Source: Octopus vulgaris (Eukaryota). Taken from it: DNA of 64,000 nt. The stretch spans positions 118,792,001 to 118,856,000 of the forward strand of contig OX597814.1 of assembly GCA_951406725.2 (NCBI GenBank), given 5' to 3'. The position numbers were made by a program, and so were the translations under genes. Under the pieces are notes generated by a model. The model had not been told where the DNA came from. It searched no databases and saw nothing but the letters and a program-made list of their open reading frames with translations. Shown one piece after another: positions 26,466-40,481 of this stretch. Numbering within the stretch: the first letter of the stretch is position 1; each line of letters starts with the position of its first letter.

Positions 26466-27095
26466 ATTTATTAAAGTTGAAAACGTATGACACTAACATT
26501 CACAATTATTATATTAGACATGTTTAATTTTGGGGAAATTTTATTTCAATTAAAGTATATTTTATATATAGATGTTCGTGTGTCTGTGTCTATGCATTAA
26601 AGAAAGCAAAAAATAAAGCAAAAATGATATGATCAGTATGGTGGTGACAGGAATTTCTGTCAAACGGACATGGTTAAACAAAGTTGTACATCATCTCCCT
26701 CTTTCTCTCACATGCCCACAGTTCCTTTCTCTTTTCTTATTACTCCCAATGCCACCAACATCAATAATACTTTTAATAAAACATCAAATCTCCCTAAATT
26801 TCTTTATCTCTCTTTCTCACCTCTTTTTCTTTCTCTCTCTCTCTCTCTCTCTCTGCCTTCGCCACCGCCCTCATCGACTGTATGCCCTCTATTACTTGCA
26901 CCCCATCATGTGGAATAGTAGTGAGAGAGGGTCTAAGTGCGAAACACTGACACACACATTTATTATATATTATATATATACACACATACATATATATATA
27001 CAGGGATTGTATAAATACATGAAGGTAGAAAGGTAGATGGATAGATAGATAGATATATTGATAGACATATAAATAGATAGACATATAGATAGATA

Positions 27096-27194
<99 letters not shown>

Positions 27195-27201
27195 TAGATA
27201 A

Positions 27202-27261
<60 letters not shown>

Positions 27262-27267
27262 ATAAAC

Positions 27268-27341
<74 letters not shown>

Positions 27342-27520
27342 TTAACGGGAGGACTGCTGTGAAGAGAGGCAGATGTAGCAACCTTATGAGACTAACTTCC
27401 TCAGCAAATGAAGAACTGAAACTGTCGATATATATAAACATGTGTGTGTTTGTGCGCGCGCGTGTATGTATGTGAGTGTGTCTATCTGTATATACTTACG
27501 AATAGATATGTATAAGTGTA

Positions 27521-27555
<35 letters not shown>

Positions 27556-27586
27556 ACATATTGTGTATATGTGTGTTTGTGTGTAT

Positions 27587-27646
<60 letters not shown>

Positions 27647-28299
27647 TTATACTTACATATATATATATATAAGTATCTTTATGCATGTATATATGCATAT
27701 CAATGTGTGTGCGTTTGAGTCTGTGTTTGTGTCTCCAGGTTTGTGTGTGTGTTTGTGTGTGTGCGTGCGTGCGTACATTGAACGTTTTTATTTGCTTGAA
27801 GCATTGAAGTTTAGAAACGTAAAGCATAGTGCTGAGAAGATTAAACAAAAATATCAAGCGACAATCCTATAGAATTTTCAACTAAATTATATATTATGAT
27901 CCTGATAATCCAATAAGAATTTGTTTGCAAATTAAGAATACGACCGTTGTATGTATTTGCAGCTCTTTTGTGAGGATTGTTTAGTGAAATCTAATAGATT
28001 TACATTCGTTGAGCTGTGGTAACGTTAAGAAGAGAATATTTTCTGATTTCTAAGCCTTGCCCGTCAGATATAAAAATTATATACTTGTTCCACACATCTG
28101 GTGTGGACGCCGAAGCGAGAAGTTAACAGAAGACTATTAAACAGGATTCGACAGAGAGCACACGAGCCAAAATGTATCCACTGCACTCCACGATTTGTCA
28201 CGGGTCAACAGAAAAGAGGCTTGCAGTAGCCAAATGTGAATATAACTGCGAATATATGTTAGTTACAATATCGTTTGAAGCGAATTTGGTCGAATATTA

Positions 28300-28800
28300 A
28301 ATAATTATTATAGTTTTCAAATCCAATATCGCAGCATTGATTATGTATTCTGTATTTAACAACTCCCAGATTCTTTCCTTTCAATGTAATTAGAAAACAC
28401 GGCCCCGTTTCAAAGTAGTCCGTGGTATGCATTCTGAGTGGAATCCTTCTTCTTCGATGTAATAATGAGATCTCCGTTTTGTCCAATTTCATAGAGAAGT
28501 GGACAACACTAGAATGGAAAATGTCTTCATTTACTCCATGTTGCTTTGTTCCAACTATCTTCGTAATGCTTTCCTTTTACTACTCAAGAATCTGTTTCTC
28601 ATCACTTTTTTCCTATCCTACTGGAGTACTTGTTTACAATTATCGTTTGTCTTATTATTATAGTAATTGTTGGTGATGCTGCTTCTTGCTGTTCTTACCA
28701 GTAACGTTTTCATTATCTCTGTGTATATATTACATTACTCTAATTGGTAGAGAAAAATTTCATATTAAAATGGCATTTGTCATTTAAGAGAGACATTTAT
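28300..28800 (-). pseudogene. Degenerate RTE-like LINE C-terminal remnant
   Basis: EKSDEKQILE**KESITKIVGTKQHGVNEDIF resembles RTE KK.DE.RI..FE..CLR.I.G.......NEE. Confidence 0.4.
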
Positions 28801-30212
28801 TACATCATAATGATAAACTATTGTGGCAGCAAAGACCAGAACATGTCTGTTTTAATATCTTTTCTATTGCCAGTCCATGTCTGACAATTCAAATATTGAA
28901 TGATAGTGTTAAGGAGACAAAGTTTAATGCAGAGAGTATAGAATAAAGAAGAAAAATACGGAAACAGGTCCACGTATCAAGTGTGCACTGATAATAATGG
29001 AACAATGTAGAAATGATAACTTTCAAAGCATGGTGCCATTCAATGAGTTTATCGATTTCAATTTATTGTTATATTTCAGAAATAAAATATTCGTCCTTGA
29101 ATCGTTTTCGAACAACGTTATTACAACTGCATTAATTGTTTTATGAGTAGAGTTCCAAAGATTCTAAAACGCTATCATGTCGTTTTACTTTATTTTATTT
29201 ATCTTTTTCATCATTTGTCCATAGATTATATTCTTTTAAAATTTCATCTTTGAACTTCCTTATTTTGAAATTTATCATTTGTCTTTGCCACCAGAATTCC
29301 CTATTTTTAATGACACGTTGTAGTATATATGGAATCGAAAAAACACCGTTCATATCTTCAATCTTTACGCTATTCATATCATGTAATTTTCGAAAACAGT
29401 GCTGATAAATTCATTTTTGTTTTAATAAAACAAATGACACACCTTTCAATTCTTTCTTATAATTATTCATTTTCTTTAAAGAAACATGTAATTTCCTAAT
29501 TACAAATGTCATCGCTGTACCATTCTTTTCTCCTCCAGTATATTTGGCACCTCTCTCATCTTTAACTGTTGAAGTAATTTTTGTTGTAATTTTTTTTTCA
29601 AACTATTATTTACAACAAGCGTAAAATATTCATTTGACGCCTAAGTTATTTCTTTTCTCCAACTGACGCACTTTTTCAAAAGATTTAATTGAAACTAAAC
29701 AACACCAGCACTCTGTTCTATTATTGGTCGCAATCTGTTTGTTATGTTTAATAACAGACTGATTTTTTAATCGATAAATTGTTCTAAACGAATATTAAGT
29801 ATTGTCTCAAAAACTCCATTTCTTTTTTTTAATTGTCTGAGAAGAATTTCTTTTTTCTTTTTTTTTTTCGTGTTATTAACAAAGAATATTTTCTCGTTTC
29901 TGATTTCATTTTCCAGTGGCGCCATGTATAGTGGGCAAATAACTCTAGAATTTTAAGCTTCTCGATTTATGATTCCAACATGATAAAGAATATCTTATTG
30001 CAAATTTATGGAAAATAAAAACTAGCAGAAAATGAAAACAAAGCTCCTTAAGTAAAAATGCTACACAGATATTTCGAAACATAATTTGATTTTATAAAGG
30101 AGCACAAAAGTATTGTCATAGAAATCGCCTAATTACAATCTTCAAAAACGGTGAATTGACCTATAATGCAAACATAACAGAGACACCGATAGGAGACTAC
30201 TTTCTATAATTC

Positions 30213-30387
30213 ATTTCTTTATTGCCCACACGGGGCTAAACATAGAGGGGACAAACAAGGACAGACAAAGGAATTAAGTCGAATACATCGACGCCAGTGC
30301 GTAACTGGTACTTATTTGATCGATCCCGAAATGATGAAAGGCAACGTCAACCTCGGCGGAATATTTCGCTCGGCGTGCTAACGATTC
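30213..30387 (-). mobile_element. SINE family B (internally deleted)
   Basis: atttctttattgcccacacggggctaaacatagaggggacaaac...gtgctaacgattc. Confidence 0.9.
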
Positions 30388-30519
30388 GACGTCTTCGAAC
30401 TGTAAATGTTTTATTCAACGTATACTTAATTTTTCATCTAGTATTAGTATATTTATTAGTATATTTATTAGTTAAATGGAATTGCTCACGTGTAAATTTA
30501 CCGTATATCATACCTATAT

Positions 30520-31100
30520 AAGAACCTTCTCGTTCTGATAGATCTCTGAACGACATTGAAGAAGATTTGATGATGCAATACATAAAGCAATATGTTTTCA
30601 TCAGGAGAAATGGAGATAAGTTTTGACTATTATAAGCTGTATAACGTAAACACATCTTTGATTTGTAGGATTATAACTTAGTGATCCTTATTCACAATTT
30701 GATGTTGGATATATTTCTATTACAAATTCGTAGGCCGCTTTAATTTTCCATTGCTCATATTCAGTTAGAAATATTCTAGGTTCTATCTACAACATGATTT
30801 CGAATTAGATTTTATATATTGCGTGACTGACAATAATTGAAACTTGTAATGTATACAGTTCTCGCATTTATCTTTCAATAAAGCATTTTCCCAACAATAT
30901 TCATAATCTCTTCAACTGATTCAAACTACGTTTATCGTCTTCTCTCTTTTTTCATAATATTCCTTCATCTCTTACTTAGAGCCGACTTCGTTCATTTGTT
31001 AAATATTTTCATTTCATTCAAATGTTATATATCATTAAAACCCAATAAATATCTCAATCTTAGGAGTATAACTATTCTTAGTAAAAGTTGTTTACTTTTT
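30520..31100 (-). pseudogene. Very degenerate Penelope-like GIY-YIG remnant
   Basis: Minus-strand SYNPTNQRC and LGKC motifs occur in PLE order. Many stops. Confidence 0.35.
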
Positions 31101-31200
31101 CTCAAGAATATTCATACACCATACATCAACTAAACATGCTAATTGATGAGAAATATCTGTCTCTCTCTCGCTTTATGCGTGTTAGACTGTCTGTTTTTCC

Positions 31201-31299
<99 letters not shown>

Positions 31300-31374
31300 G
31301 AAAAGTGACAAGAAAAGAATGAAACATCCATATTAAATAAACATAGGTTTTATGTATATTTTTTTAATTTTTTT

Positions 31375-32490
31375 TATCTTATCAAGTTTCAGCTCACGAG
31401 CTGTGGCCATGCTGGAGCACCGCCATTTGCTGTAGCTACATGATTTTACTTCACCAATAATTTTTAGCAATTGCCATTTGGTGCATGAGAGAGTTCGATG
31501 CAGCTGCCCTCATCTGCACCTCCTGCCGTGAAGTTGGTTCATCTGGGACACCTGACTGGAAGAGATCCAGTTTTATTTTAAAGACATCTGCATCCACCCC
31601 ATGCAGGTCTCTCAGGTTCTTCGGGGGGATATTGAAGAGCTGTGGGCCTCTGAAGCCCAGTCTATCACAGTATCTTGTCCTACATCTTGATGACAACTTT
31701 GGAGTCCTTGGCACTATGCAGTGGCGCCCAGTTCTAGCATTTGTACAACTCTCGATGCCAAAATTTGGGACAAGTCCTTCTAGGATCTTCCAGATGTATA
31801 TTATGGCATATCTTTCTCACCTACGCTCTTAGGATAGAGTCTTAATCTCTTGAGTCTTTCCCACTAGCTTATATGCTGTACAGAGGCTATCTTCTTCGTG
31901 TAGCTTCGTTGGATCGCCTCAAGTTCTGTGATTAACTTGACACTGGATGGTGACCATAGCTGAGAGCAATAGTCAAAGTGTCTTAGGATAAGTGTCCTCC
32001 AGAAGACCATTATGGTTTCCTGGTCTCTTGTTCTAAAGGTTCTAAGAATCCATCCGGTCAGCCGCCTACATTTCATTGCCAATTTAGCAACATGCACATG
32101 AAAGGTTGCATCATCACTCACGTAAATACCCAGGTCTCGCACTGATTGTGTCTCTGGTATTGCAATCCCTCCAGGTCCCGTGTATTTATTGGGTATTGCA
32201 TTTAGATTTGCATGCTGATAGCATAAAGCTTGAAACTTTTCAGCATTGAACTGTATGCTATTCTTTTCAGCCCACTTGTATATTTTGTCCAGCTCACATT
32301 GTTGGTGCATAGTGTCTTCAGGGTTCTGTATCGCCTGTGAAACTTTTGTATCATCTGCATAACTTGTGATCGTGGCTCTCTGCGTGGGTGAGGGTAGGTC
32401 TGAGGGGGCCATTATGAACAGTAGTGGTCCCAAAACAGTGCCTTGCGGAATACCGCTCACTATTTGCGTGTTATTGGAGGTGTCCCCATT
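31375..32490 (-). mobile_element. CR1/Jockey-like LINE, 5'-truncated: RT domain, C-terminus and intact 3' tail
   Basis: SGIPQGTVLGPLLF...SYADDTK...FNAEKFQ...VRDLGIY...HFDYCSQLWSP...LEAIQRSYTKKI, then GPQLFNIPPKNLRD...FKIKLD. The tail is ggcggtgctccagcatggccacagctcgtgagctgaaac. Confidence 0.96.
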
Positions 32491-33814
32491 ATGTTATAAT
32501 TTAGAACAAACAATAAGAGGTTGTCCATTATAGTACTCGGAGTTTCGAATGTGTGTGTGGATATGTGTGTACGTATGAGTATGTACATACGCATATATGT
32601 TTGTGTGTGTGTATGTGCATGTACGTATACAAGTTCGTGTGATTGTGTACGTATGTAGAAGTTGTGAACGCAGGAAGTGTATTTCTATGTATTGTTTGAA
32701 TATGGTTGCGTGTATTTTTTTTATTTTTACTTATTTTCTTTTCCTACCTATTAGATTAACTTCCATTAACATTTAATGGCTTTTCATAGCATCTGCTGCC
32801 ATTAATAGCCGAAGAGAATGTACCGTAGATCTTCTATAATGACAACCTTTCAAAGTTTATTTAAAATTATAACATATAACCGAATCCAAAGACGAAATAT
32901 GTGTGTGTGTCTGTGTGTGTATCATTATGTATATCACGAGTGAAGGATCTCAGTATGCAATGCATGCACTGCATACCTTACTATTTTCCCACAACAAATA
33001 AATTTTGTGCAATATGCAACTAGATTCCTTGTAGTCATATTTAATGTTAATTCGCATTCCTTCATTTCTTAAAATAAATTGTAAATAATCAATATTTTTT
33101 AAATAAGTGTAAGTAGTGAAAGCTCCTGTTTGCTTAGCGAGAAATGAAGAAAAAGCTGTGAATTAATTGCTTTTCTATTCTTTTGTGGAGGGAACATCAA
33201 GAAGAAAGATCAAGCAAATGAGTAAGTGGTCAACGTAGAGAAAAGCTAATTTTTCTACTTACTTTCGGTCATAGTCAGTAATAGCAATCTATAAGTCCCT
33301 TCGTATTCTATTATTCTCTTAAAGAATGGAGCGTTGATATGAGGGACAAAATTAACGGGTATATGGTCAACAGAATGAAAGGCAACGGAATGCAAGTTTT
33401 TCTACTGCTTTGAGTTCAATCAAAGTAAGAGCGCTAGTGTTATTTTATTTTTCTTTTGTATTCCATTATTTTCGAGAAAGAAGCGTCGAAAACAAGGACA
33501 AAACAAAACAAATTAGTGAGTTGTCAAAAAAGAGATACACAGAGATAGTAAATATTTTGCTGTTTGCCTTTCAGTTGTGTTTAGCTAGCAGACACGTTGT
33601 CAACTTTATTTTTTCTCCTAACGTGTTTATGCCTGTACTGCCCTGCGCAGCAGAGACCAAAACTTACCTATTCAGAGGATTTTCTTGTGGCTTTTCTCAT
33701 TATCGGATAAATTTAGACGGGAAATGCATTTATTCAATTTACAAGTTTGTGTTATTGCTTTCTCATATATTTCGTACGATTATTCGGTAACGAAGAGTAC
33801 ACATTTTATCTTTT

Positions 33815-34110
33815 ATCTTTTACTCCTTTCACTCTGAAGATTGTGGTCATGCTGGGACACCACGTTAAGTAATTTTTACGCCAATGAATCTACCGCGGTT
33901 CTTTTTTAAAGCACGGTACTTATTATTTTGGTCACGTGCCGAACTGCTAAGTTACGGGAACATAAACACGCAAATGCCGGTTATCAAGCATTGATAAAGG
34001 ACCAACACAGACACAAAGACACGCACACTCAAACACACACACCCACACACACACACGCACACACATACACAAACATACGATGTTTTTTTTTTTTTTCAGT
34101 TTCCCTCTAT
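33815..34110 (-). mobile_element. SINE family A, diverged
   Basis: gtggtcatgctgggacaccac...gccgaactgctaagttacggg...tttcagtttcc. Confidence 0.8.
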
Positions 34111-34329
34111 AAAGTCCAATGACCCGGGAGGGAAATTCGCTTAGGAGCGTGCAAGCTCAGGTCCAATTTATTTTACAAACATGGCTGATTTGTAAAAATG
34201 TTAATATTAAATTAAATATGGGCATGATGATATTTATTATTATTATATATGTTAAAACTAATACTTCTGATTATTTCAAAGGTTTTCCTATAATCGCTCA
34301 ATTTGATGTTGAAGTTTTCCAAGAGGAGG

Positions 34330-36888
34330 CCCAAAAGTTTTGATGTACTTGCATTACAGCACAGTGTAAGACGGTGTTGCATCATTGTAGTAGGGAGTGA
34401 AGTCTTCAAACACTAAAATGTGCTGAAAATTCTCTTGCTTGAAGCAACATACACCGGCTTGCAACATAGCATTTTCATCACAAGGGCTGGTCCATAGTGC
34501 TTTCGGAAGAACGAGGATTTCGTGAACAAAGTTCAATGCACCAGTGACCATCGACATCTTAGATCTAATTTCTTGGAGGACAAGGTCCGGAGAATGGTTT
34601 CTGCAGTGTAGAAAGTATATTAGGAAACATGTCTTTTAATCTCCTTTTTTATGCCTGAAAAGTTCCTGCGCATAATACATGCATCATCAAAGACAAAAGT
34701 AGCATAATTTTGATCTTAGCTCAAAGAAATATTTAGGAAACACGAACATCCAGAATAGCCTTAGACACTGTATCTGAAGTGTAGTCAAGAGGGTTATAAA
34801 AACTGAGACAATCTTCGTGGACATCCTGGTTTCACAAAGATAACAAGAACTGTTCCCTGTTCCATGCCAGATCAATCACTTATAACATCAGTAAACATGG
34901 GAACATCAACCATTTTTCTGATCTAATGCTTGGTGATATGAGCATATACATATAAGATTTCATATTGTATTGTGTCAGGTAGGAAATTTACTCGTCGTTT
35001 AAGCTACTAAATTATTTCTTCAGCATAGTTTTCGGCAAATACTTTTTTGAGATTTACAATTTTCCTGTTACATGTGTTCAATTTCTTTTCAAATGGTGGA
35101 ACTAGTAACGTCTTTTATATTTTACCAAGTATATTCCATGATCCTTCAACAGTGAAACTGCAAACTTATATTATCTTTCACTAAGGATGTATTTAATTCT
35201 CTGATCATGAAAGTGCTAACCATTATTATCTTTCACTAAGTATGTTCTTTAATCATTCGATGAACTGGTAACTACTGATTTTTAAAGATATTCTTTTAAT
35301 TCTTTATTTTCAAGGACAGAATAGTTGGCTTACATGGAAATATTTGTTCAGTGATATATGATCCACAAGTTCAGTTATTCTAAGAACAACTGTAAGAGAC
35401 TTGACGTATTATTTCTTAATCTCGTATTTAATATAACTACCCTGAAATTATGTTTGAATTATAAATTATATGCTTTATTACTTATTCATCCCTCTTTCTA
35501 ATATATCAAGTCATCCCATAAGTATTGTCCGAAAATAGCTGTGGAAATGACCTGAACATTGTGAATGGGGTTGTATTGGTGGTAAAAACTAGGTCGAGTA
35601 TTTATTTCCCCTAGGCGGACGGATAGCAAATTGTTGCATGAAGAAGTCTTTAGTGCTCTCAAGAAGAGCACTCATGTCTCCCCTGTTCAGTTGTTTAATT
35701 TCAGATTGGATATAGCTCTCAGTACAGTTGAGACAAAAATTAAAATCCCCTGCTAAACGTCCATTGGTCTGTGGGCTGGGCACATTTGGGATTTGACTTA
35801 TGAGCGACAAAACGTCTTTGGAGTAATCTCCGTAGTTAGCTGCATCAGCAAGCCAGTAGGTAAATACCTATGATCAAATTGAGGCCAATCGCATCCATTA
35901 TTAGTGTATTGCACACCGTGTTGGAGAGGGAGAGGAGGACATTTGTTGCCAGGTCTCCTTGGATGAAGATTATTATTTCTCCTTCTTTCCATATTCTGTG
36001 TTCAATTTTGAGTAGTACATGATCTGACATATATACTTCCGCATCCAATTTGTCTGGGGTAAGGTGCGCTTCACTTTTCTCCTTTTCGCTGTGAAAGGTC
36101 TCTAAGATATGATACTTTTGTTTCATTTGTAAAGTGTGGAATACCTCGTAATTTCGGCGTTATTATTGGGTTGAGTTTGTCGGTTAATGACAGCAATGAT
36201 GTGATTGTACACTGGGTTAATATCAGTTGTTGGTGCTGTGTGAAGGCTAGACGGTTTTTCTTTTTGTTATTTCTATTGCCAGATTCATCATCGCTAAAAG
36301 CAAATTTTCTCGTTTTGGGTTGCACTTTTGATTATGGCTATAGTTATATTGTTTGCAGCTGTTGATTTTACTATTGAACCCAGTAGATATCTGGGTGACT
36401 TCTGGTTTTCGATTAGAGACTGTGGATTTGGTGGTAGTTTCGTGTCATGTTTTTAACTTGTGCATCGAATCACTGGAAGTTAGGTGAAGGGACGGTCGCA
36501 CATCAGAAATAATCTTTTCTGTTGAGAATAGCAATAGATTTTGAGATTCCGGGTTACATAAGTAGAAGTCATTAAGTGTGATTTAGCATATAGTGGTGGT
36601 GGTTACGGAAGTGGTGCTGTTGCTGCTTCCGCTGCTGGTGTCCTAAAATGTGTGGTTTGGCGTTGGTTGGATTTGCTTATACAAATTGTGCGTCTTGTGC
36701 CAGGTAAATGGCTGAAATTATAGTTACTGCGTATGCATACGCTATCGCATTGAGAACAGCCTCATACTGTGGGGTTTCCTGTTTTCATAATTTTGTTTTA
36801 GTTACAGTTGGCAGATTTACCATGGATTTGTCAATTATACATTCAGACTGAGACGAATAGTGGGGCGGGGTGATTCTTCACCAATTGC

Positions 36889-36961
<73 letters not shown>

Positions 36962-37140
36962 TAGTAGCAGTAGCAGCAGCAGCAGCAGCAACAGTAGAAC
37001 AGTATGTCGATACTGATGACGAATGTCCTTTGTTTTTCTGAGAAGAATTTTTAGTGACCTGACTCTGGAGATGAACTAGGGACAGTGCTGTTTAATGAGT
37101 GATCAATTGTTATAGTATTGAAGAGTGACTTCCAATGATG
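34330..37140 (-). mobile_element. Long decayed CR1/Jockey-like LINE (ORF1 remnant, APE endonuclease, RT remnant)
   Basis: AHLTPDKLDAEV...GEIIIFIQGDL..LLSLSNTVC and LAGDFN...FMQQF..PPRG (APE, 35590-36130). SGMEQGTVL (RT, ~34845-34875). CSQCDSVCIRSNYNFSHLPGTRR (ORF1 zinc-finger-like, ~36690-36765). Confidence 0.75.
36889..36993. repeat. (TAG)n/(CAG)n trinucleotide tract inside the LINE 5' region
   Basis: Directly visible. Confidence 0.95.
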
Positions 37141-37249
37141 ATGAAGATGATTATATATATATATATAAGGAAAGCCATAAACAGAAAAAAAACGGGTACC
37201 TTTTCCTCAATTCAACATTCTGCTAAAACGGACAGGTTAGTAAACAAAC

Positions 37250-37650
37250 TCGCCTTGAATTCATAATATTCTGTACTGACCCTGAGATGTATAAAATATT
37301 TATTTTAATAATTTTTTCTGCCAATTTTTCAAATATTCTCACCATACTGTTGTACTATGTCCTTTTTACCAACGACTGTATATATACATGTAATGTGACA
37401 ATTTGCAACAACCAATAATTAACGCAACCAAAACTTCCAATAATATATTTGTTTTATTCTTTTCTGCCCTTTTTTTTCAAATATTCTCATCACACTGTTG
37501 AACTTATTTATGCCCTTAACATGTCCCTGTTACCAAATACTATATATATACATGTAATGTGGCAATTATGTAAAAAAACGTTTTTGAATTCATAATATTC
37601 AATGTGGCAATTATGTAAAAAACTTTTTTGAATTCATAATATTCTATGTT
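37250..37650 (+). repeat. Diverged local tandem duplications upstream of a hammerhead motif
   Basis: ttttctgcc..caaatattctca..actgttg..tatatacatgtaatgtg occurs twice. aatgtggcaattatgtaaaaaa..tttttgaattcataatattc occurs twice. Confidence 0.8.
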
Positions 37651-37693
37651 ACTTTTGACAATCTTTTTCCAAAGAGTGAAACCGGTTAAGTAA
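37649..37693 (+). ncRNA. Minimal type I hammerhead, U3-A8 core variant
   Basis: TTACTT-TTGACAA-TCTTTttccAAAGA-gt-GAA-ACCGGT-T-AAGTAA. Two unpaired nucleotides precede GAAA. Confidence 0.6.
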
Positions 37694-38184
37694 ATAAACA
37701 TCTTTTAAATTGCATTTTCAAACCTTCTTTCGTATATAATTCCACTCGTGCGATACCCCACAACTCAACTTTGTTATATATATATATATATACATATATA
37801 TATACATATATATTATATGCAAAATTTTAATTTTCAGGAAGCTTTTAGTTCAGTAATATATCTTTCTAGTAATTTTGGTGGGGTTTTCTTTTTATTTAGT
37901 TCTTATTTTGTGAAGAAAGCTAACTTGAAATAACTTTTCTTTATATATTTTTCTAGACTCTGAAAATGGTGTCATTGCGCACTGCTATCTATTCACCATG
38001 ACAATTAGTTATGAAGTACTATTAAAAAAGTCCTTCAATATGTGTATGTGTATGTGAGTGTGTCTGTGCGCGTGTGTAGAGAGACAGACAGACAGACAAA
38101 CATAGACAGAAACAGACAGTCAAACAGACAGACAAATAGACACACACACACACACATACAGATAGATATATATATATTTTTTCA

Positions 38185-38400
38185 ATATTTTACTTGTTGC
38201 AGTTATTAGAATGTGGCCATGGTGGGGCACATACTGGACATTTTAGTCGAATGAATCGTCCGCAGTAATTAGTTATTTAAGCCTTGTACTAATTTTATCG
38301 GTCACTTTTGTAGCGCCGGTACCTTATGGGGTTGTAATCACAACAACACTGATTGTTAAGTGGTGGTTCGGGGACAAACGCAGACAGAAAGACACACAGC
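38185..38400 (-). mobile_element. SINE family A, 3' half, diverged
   Basis: tgtggccatggtggggcac...ttttatcggtcacttttg...gggacaaacgcagacagaaagac. Confidence 0.75.
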
Positions 38401-39504
38401 ATAGTTATACGTACATGCATATATGCATACATATGCATACCTACACACACACACATACACACACATATATATATATCATGCAACTACAGTAATACGTAGT
38501 TGAATATTATTATTAAGGACGCAATTTACTCGCAAGATCTTTCAGAGCTTGTCCCTAAATCGGTTCTTAACAAAATTGAGAACTGATAACATTTTTGAAG
38601 AGGACTGTTTCCTAGCTACTTTTTGGCATAAGAAAATTGAGATTTGGTCCCGTAGAAAAATATTTACATCAAAATTTGTAGCAATGTTATGGAAGAGTAC
38701 GTAACGCCTCCATTCAAGTTTAGAGCTAAATAACTTCTTTTTTTATTTCAAAAACAATCTATATTTATCTTAGCTTCAATGATAGAAAAAAATCATTAGG
38801 AACTTCATAGACTTGGCCCTATGGAACATAAGTTTTTATCAAAAAAATTGTGAGGTAAGATACCACGAAAAAATTATACGGCAAAACTGTACTTTAAGCT
38901 TAAATGATAGAGACCAATTCGTGAATTTCATGGTATCCATCTTAAGCAATGAGGTTTTAAAAGAAAAAGGTATTGAGTGTTTCTTTCTCAAATTTCATGG
39001 TGCTAATATAGTTCTATACCTTTTTTTTATGAAAATAGTTTTAATAAGGCATCATTGAGGTAAGGAAACAATTATCAACGACACCACTAATTTGCAATTA
39101 GTTTAATTACATCAACTGTATTAATTAATGCAATTATATCATGTAAACACAGACTCGTAATAATTATCCAATATTCTATACGGCAAAATCTTAAATTATT
39201 AAAATCATTAATTAGCATAATAGCATAGCCTGGAAAAAACATGGATTACATGTGAAAATGCGAGCAAGAGAAATAATATTCCTAGGAATACAAACCTGGA
39301 AAAGTACAGGACAAGTTATTACTTCTTGTAAGTGAGTTACTTGGTATTTATAAGAATGGGGAAGTTAAAGGTAAACTTAATTCATTCATACCTTAATGTA
39401 AATGGGGTTAATAGTTACTCAAATTCATTCCCACTGCATCGTGCGAGAGTACATTTATATTTGCGTGTAGGTATCATGAGAGTCTTTCAGAGATTTTATT
39501 AACG

Positions 39505-39780
39505 AGGTTCTTTCAATTTCCGTCTAGCAAATCCACTCGCACGTCTTTGGTCACCCCGAGGCTATAGTAGAAAACACTTGTCAAAGGTGCCAAGCAATGG
39601 GACTAATCACAGCCGGGCCTTCGAGTTCGCAATAGTCTTTCACATGCATTCATTCTTCAACGAGCTTGCTTTCCATGGCTCCGGGTTCAGTCCCACTATG
39701 TGCATCCTGGCAAGTGCAATCTACTTCAGCCTCAGTGCGACTAAAGCCTTGTGAGTTGAATTAGTTGACAGAAAAGTCTG
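39505..39780. mobile_element. Two SINE family A 5'-half fragments in opposite orientation
   Basis: 39505-39605 (-): aatccactc..ccgaggctatagtagaaaacacttg. 39660-39780 (+): gcttgctt..gggttcagtcccact..aaagccttgtgagt. Confidence 0.8.
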
Positions 39781-39800
39781 TTGTACACACACACACACAA

Positions 39801-39867
<67 letters not shown>

Positions 39868-40116
39868 AGAGAGAGCAAGAAATACAGGTGTGCAGTTTAT
39901 ATCCAACCAAACTTAACAATTTTCCTCATCTACCAGTGAATAGAAACAATTTCTGTACAAGCACATTTCAATAAAGAAATTTTATTCATCCAAAAATACA
40001 AAACAAGTCTAAATATGAGCACATAATCAACTTTGGTCTTAGTATATATTTTAATTCATGATCACATACCAATCACTGTACATATTTCTTCTCACTACTT
40101 AAGCATTTGAGTTTTC

Positions 40117-40181
<65 letters not shown>

Positions 40182-40402
40182 TATATATATATATCCCCTC
40201 CCCGAAAGATGAGCAATTACTTCCCTGTCTCCAATAATAACAATCACCAATCAGCCCCCTTTATATTTGTCTATTTGTCGAATCATTCACGTCTTGTTTA
40301 GCGAAAGCGAAATCGGTCGTTATACACAATGCAGTTTCACTTATAAAATAAATAAAACTAGATATATTAAAACTCAGTAAACTGTGTGTATTTTCTTTCT
40401 TT

Positions 40403-40479
<77 letters not shown>

Positions 40480-40481
<2 letters not shown>

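Noticed and set aside
28900-30000. AT-rich stretch that looks like decayed minus-strand coding or DNA-transposon sequence
   Set aside because: No motif or terminal repeat I could identify.
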